Sequence record: MK250017.1
Reading direction: 5' to 3' (one strand)
DNA: 64,000 bases
The translations under genes and the position numbers were made by a program. The first letter of the stretch is position 1, and each line of letters starts with the position of its first letter. Shown in pieces: positions 60,300-64,000 of the stretch. Under the pieces are notes generated by a model. The model saw only the letters and a program-made list of their open reading frames with translations, did not search any database and was not told the DNA's origin.

Positions 60300-61200
60300 A
60301 AAAGAAAAAATTAAACTTCATAAATTTGCGTTTCAAAAATTTGCTGCTACTTACCAAATCTACAAATATGAAGTTTAATCATTTGTATTAATCTATACTG
60401 CAGAAAAATTATTATAGTATAAGTTTCATTGCAATTGAACTTTACAACTATAGTGATAATCCACTTATACCTTCTTTTACTCTAAAGACTTTTATATGCA
60501 ACTTCGACATATGTAATTTATCTACATACCGTTTACATTAAAGTTACTTTATTTCATCATGCTTTTATAACCATATTCACAACCCTCTGTATATCACCGA
60601 TTCATTTCTTTTCATATAGAAATCAGGGTCTTTAAGCCTCACTGTTATTGGCTATAACTATTATCCTCAAGCACTACCAGATAAAGTCTTTTTGTTTTTA
60701 TGGTGCATCTCTCATGCCTCCTTTTATCATAAAACAAACAAAACTAGTAAGACAAATAACGTTTCTTACAACTCCTACGAATTTAACTCCAAAATTAAGA
60801 TACATCTCTTAATATTAAGTTGGACACTTAAATTAAGTGGATAAAGTTGTACGACTTGAAAATATAATCACCAAAAGAATAATAATATTTTCTCAGACTT
60901 TATCATAAACGATTCACTAAATTCTTTTATGGAACTTATTTCTAATTAAATGAGGACTCATTTAAAATAGGTTCTCCCGAAACATGCGGTTTATCCATAC
61001 TCATTTAAAACTTTAAATAAGCGTTGTTTATAGCACTCATCAGAATTTATTATGTATTAACATTTATAACACATCATTTGTATTTAATTATTCTATATAA
61101 CTTATATAGATATAAACACAAATTGTTTAATAATCTAATAAACAAAATTATTAATATTATGTTATCTTAATGTTAATTAAGAAAAAATTTCAAAGAACAC
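60300..61200 (-). ncRNA. candidate large structured non-coding RNA
   Basis: About 0.9 kb without a long ORF, many helices, lying directly downstream of an early promoter at 61220-61227. Confidence 0.55.
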
Positions 61201-61219
61201 TTTGTTTTTAATAACAATA

Positions 61220-61227
61220 CAAAGATA
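61220..61227 (-). promoter_or_regulatory. Bacteroidota-type -7 promoter element (early)
   Basis: Minus strand reads AATAATGTGTATCTTTGTATTGT and points into non-coding DNA. Confidence 0.7.
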
Positions 61228-61276
61228 CACATTATTTTTGAATTAAAAAAATATATTGAAGAAAAAATTAATATTT

Positions 61277-62104
61277 TTATTGAACCCATGCAGATGCATA
61301 TCCATTTTCTACTTTTATAATAAGGACTTCACCATTCAACCATGTATGTTCAAGATCATAACCTTCATCTTCACTTTGCATATCTTTATACTTAGTAAGA
61401 ATAAAGTTTGTAATCTCTTCAATACTTCCCTTATGATATTCAGATGTATTCAATAATTTCAAATAATCAACATACTCTCTTGCATTCTTCATACAAGAAT
61501 CAATATCCTTAAAACATGTAGTATCTATATATTCATTATTTCTATTAATAATAGATGCAACAACACCATTAGCTAACAATTTAGAGATATTAGTAATATC
61601 CTCAAGTTTTTCGAGTTTTTCAAATTCATATTTTAACATATGTTCTGAATCACTATCTCTATAACGTTTAATATTAAGAGTTACTGAATTCCACGTATCT
61701 ACCCATGTTTTAATTGCATCTTCAATATATCCACCAAAATCATTATCACCAAATTCAAAGGTAATCATGAAACTCTTATCAATAATATTATTATCACTAA
61801 GTTCATATGGATCACCTTTAAATTTATGTCCTTGATATAAACCATCCAAATAAGCAGTTGATATAAGATTATTAATATCTGACATTAAAGAAGGCATGAA
61901 TGTTTCTTTTTTATCTTCTGATATATCATCAAGTACAATAGATGTATCAATAATAGCTTCTATATGCTTCTTGTTATCTTTGATATATTGATTTGCAAAA
62001 TCAACAAACTTCTTTCCGTATACATCAATATTCATCTTATTTACACCCTCTGCTAAAGTTTCATTAAGATTTTCTAATTCTTTCTTTATATCTACTTTTT
62101 CCAT
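61277..62104 (-). CDS. hypothetical protein
   Basis: 275-aa acidic ORF. Confidence 0.75.
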   Translation of the reverse strand: MEKVDIKKELENLNETLAEGVNKMNIDVYGKKFVDFANQYIKDNKKHIEAIIDTSIVLDDISEDKKETFMPSLMSDINNLISTAYLDGLYQGHKFKGDPYELSDNNIIDKSFMITFEFGDNDFGGYIEDAIKTWVDTWNSVTLNIKRYRDSDSEHMLKYEFEKLEKLEDITNISKLLANGVVASIINRNNEYIDTTCFKDIDSCMKNAREYVDYLKLLNTSEYHKGSIEEITNFILTKYKDMQSEDEGYDLEHTWLNGEVLIIKVENGYASAWVQ

Positions 62105-62123
62105 AATAAATTTTATTTAAATA

Positions 62124-63059
62124 TTACATTGATCCATCATTTGGCTGCAAACACATAATACCATGTTCTCTCCACATTTTTACTACTTTTGAAGAATCTT
62201 CCAAAACAAATAATACATTATAATATGGTTCAATAAATGTTTTATATAGGTTATACTTACAATCTGGACCCTTTGTAAAATTCTTGTATGGTCTCATCAT
62301 AACCATATCTACATCACCATCCAAATTATTTTTTAACCATGTTTCAGTTGCTTTTCGTATATCAGGTGTATCTTCTCTACCTGTTAAAATAATAACTTTT
62401 ACATTATCATCTTTAATATACTTATTAACTAACTTACAAATTTGTTCACATGGTACATCATTTGTCATTGTATCAGAAGCGCCATTACCATAAAATGGTC
62501 TACCTTGTAAATTAAAACAAAGTGTTGCATCCATATCTACAAGAATACAATCTTTCTTATCCTTATCATATGGAACAAAACTGTTATATTGCTTCTTATT
62601 AAGCTCTGTTGCTATAAAATTTCTATATTGTCTATATGTTCTCTTAATAACAGATTCTCCAATTGGATTTGTTCTCATTGAATCTCGCCTAATACACTCT
62701 TCAACTGAAACATCAAAGAAATCTTTAAATACAAGTTCATATTGATATTTAGTATGTGTATTATTATAATTATCAATTCTATCCTGCATTTCTTTCCAAC
62801 CCTTTGGATTAAGGTTCATATTATCCATAATAATATTTAAACCGTTTTCCATTGATGATTTAAAAAATGCATCTGTCATTTCTTTAATAATGTTTAATTT
62901 TTCTCTTTCCTCTACCCAATACTGTCCAAACATATTTCTAAGAGAATCCCAATTAATTCTAATTCGTTCTGTTGGTTTTTCCTTTGCCCATTGTTCTGCA
63001 TAAGTTGACTTTCCAGAAGCTTGAATTCCCCTTGTTAATATAATTTCTCTTTTTTCCAT
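62124..63059 (-). CDS. pseT: polynucleotide 5'-kinase/3'-phosphatase (T4 PseT-like)
   Basis: RGIQASGKST P-loop followed by a HAD domain with LVDMDATL and TGR. Confidence 0.88.
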   Translation of the reverse strand: MEKREIILTRGIQASGKSTYAEQWAKEKPTERIRINWDSLRNMFGQYWVEEREKLNIIKEMTDAFFKSSMENGLNIIMDNMNLNPKGWKEMQDRIDNYNNTHTKYQYELVFKDFFDVSVEECIRRDSMRTNPIGESVIKRTYRQYRNFIATELNKKQYNSFVPYDKDKKDCILVDMDATLCFNLQGRPFYGNGASDTMTNDVPCEQICKLVNKYIKDDNVKVIILTGREDTPDIRKATETWLKNNLDGDVDMVMMRPYKNFTKGPDCKYNLYKTFIEPYYNVLFVLEDSSKVVKMWREHGIMCLQPNDGSM

Positions 63060-63086
63060 TATTCTTTTCTAATTTTATTTACAATA

Positions 63087-63094
63087 CAAAGATA
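63087..63094 (-). promoter_or_regulatory. Bacteroidota-type -7 promoter element (early)
   Basis: Minus strand reads TTTAGGAAAAATATATGTATCTTTGTATTGT. Confidence 0.7.
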
Positions 63095-63144
63095 CATATA
63101 TTTTTCCTAAATAAAAAATATAAATCTAATTATTTTCCTAAAAA

Positions 63145-63357
63145 TTATTCATTATCCATAGACATTCCTATAGTTGCATTTCTCATACAATCTAAATAAC
63201 CTTTCATATATAATGATTTCATATGTTCATGTAACTTCTTTAATTTATCCGGTATGTCTGTTTTTATATCTTCTGAAATTTTATCATCACCAAATAAAGA
63301 TATAAGTGAAACTCTTGATTTATGATCAGCAATATTTTTTAATTTTTCTATATTCAT
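63145..63357 (-). CDS. hypothetical protein
   Basis: 70-aa ORF. Confidence 0.7.
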   Translation of the reverse strand: MNIEKLKNIADHKSRVSLISLFGDDKISEDIKTDIPDKLKKLHEHMKSLYMKGYLDCMRNATIGMSMDNE

Positions 63358-63368
63358 ATTTTAAATTA

Positions 63369-63977
63369 TTATAAGTTAGACAAGACTAAACCTAAACAAT
63401 ATTCGTTATTAATATCACAAATAAATTTACTAAGTTTACCTTTTAATATTTCAGCGTTTATTTCAAATTCTTCTAATATCTCTTTTTCTTTCTTTATAGT
63501 ATTAATATCAGTTTCTTTCAAATAACTATAAGTATCTTTAGTTTTAAAATTAATATTAGATATTGTATCATTTCTGATAGAATTTATAATTAACATTACA
63601 GATAACTCATATGTATCTTCATTTAATGCTGAACCATGATAACCACATATACCTTTATTTTTCAGTTCAAAAAATACAGGTCCATAACAGTATTTTCCTT
63701 CATGTACAATAGTTCCCAATGATTTCAAACCAAATGTCTTACATATATTAAACTTCTTATCAAGATAATCATTAAATAATTTATTAATAAACATCATCTG
63801 ATATGAAATAAATGTATCAGCATTTAATTCTAATTTAAAATGTGTCTTATCTAAAATATCATACATTAAATCTTGTATATTCATATTACCTAATTCTTCT
63901 TTATATAAAGATGATAAACACATATATAATCTATGTAATGTTTCTTTAATATCATAATTAATATGAACATTTTTCAA
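63369..63977 (-). CDS. hypothetical protein
   Basis: 202-aa ORF. Confidence 0.75.
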   Translation of the reverse strand: MKNVHINYDIKETLHRLYMCLSSLYKEELGNMNIQDLMYDILDKTHFKLELNADTFISYQMMFINKLFNDYLDKKFNICKTFGLKSLGTIVHEGKYCYGPVFFELKNKGICGYHGSALNEDTYELSVMLIINSIRNDTISNINFKTKDTYSYLKETDINTIKKEKEILEEFEINAEILKGKLSKFICDINNEYCLGLVLSNL

Positions 63978-64000
63978 TTTATCTTCATAATAATTTAAAA

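Noticed and set aside
61020-61045. Hammerhead ribozyme (CTGATGAG on the minus strand)
   Set aside because: The stem II candidate is not followed by GAAA, so the core is incomplete.
2468-62493. Short opposite-strand or alternate-frame track ORFs (e.g. 2468, 2596, 3457, 4380, 7074, 15409, 19534, 21818, 24578, 26272, 31922, 37228, 46314, 53102, 57064, 62284)
   Set aside because: They are shadows of longer genes with recognisable motifs.

Overview
AT-rich (roughly 25% GC by eye) segment of a very large lytic phage genome. It is most consistent with a Lak-like megaphage of Bacteroidota (Prevotella-type host); this is inferred from TAnnTTTG promoters, a Bacteroidota-type ClpP and the genetic code. 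TAG is read as Gln (code 15). The fragmented standard-code ORF track collapses into long genes closed by TAA, and TAG falls on conserved Gln positions in a 5'-3' exonuclease and in TnpB. Layout: (1) 1-1170, an RNA cluster with tRNA-Cys, tRNA-Met and several non-canonical tRNA-like elements; (2) 1286-4063, small TAG-free genes including a GH73 hydrolase; (3) 4198-36167, seven TAG-rich late genes: four fibre paralogues sharing an N-terminal domain, one further fibre, a 1567-aa metallophosphatase protein and a 2868-aa CotH-kinase/LRR protein; (4) 36230-52338, exonuclease, unknown late proteins, a 2054-aa tape-measure-like protein, a hidden lipoprotein, and clamp-loader-like and ligase-like genes; (5) 52381-64000, a minus-strand block of mostly TAG-free early genes (ClpP, PTP, PseT) interrupted by a heavily TAG-recoded TnpB element and a ~0.9-kb structured non-coding region. 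No suppressor tRNA(CUA) and no CRISPR array were found in the window. All product calls come from motif recognition by eye; no database searches were run.
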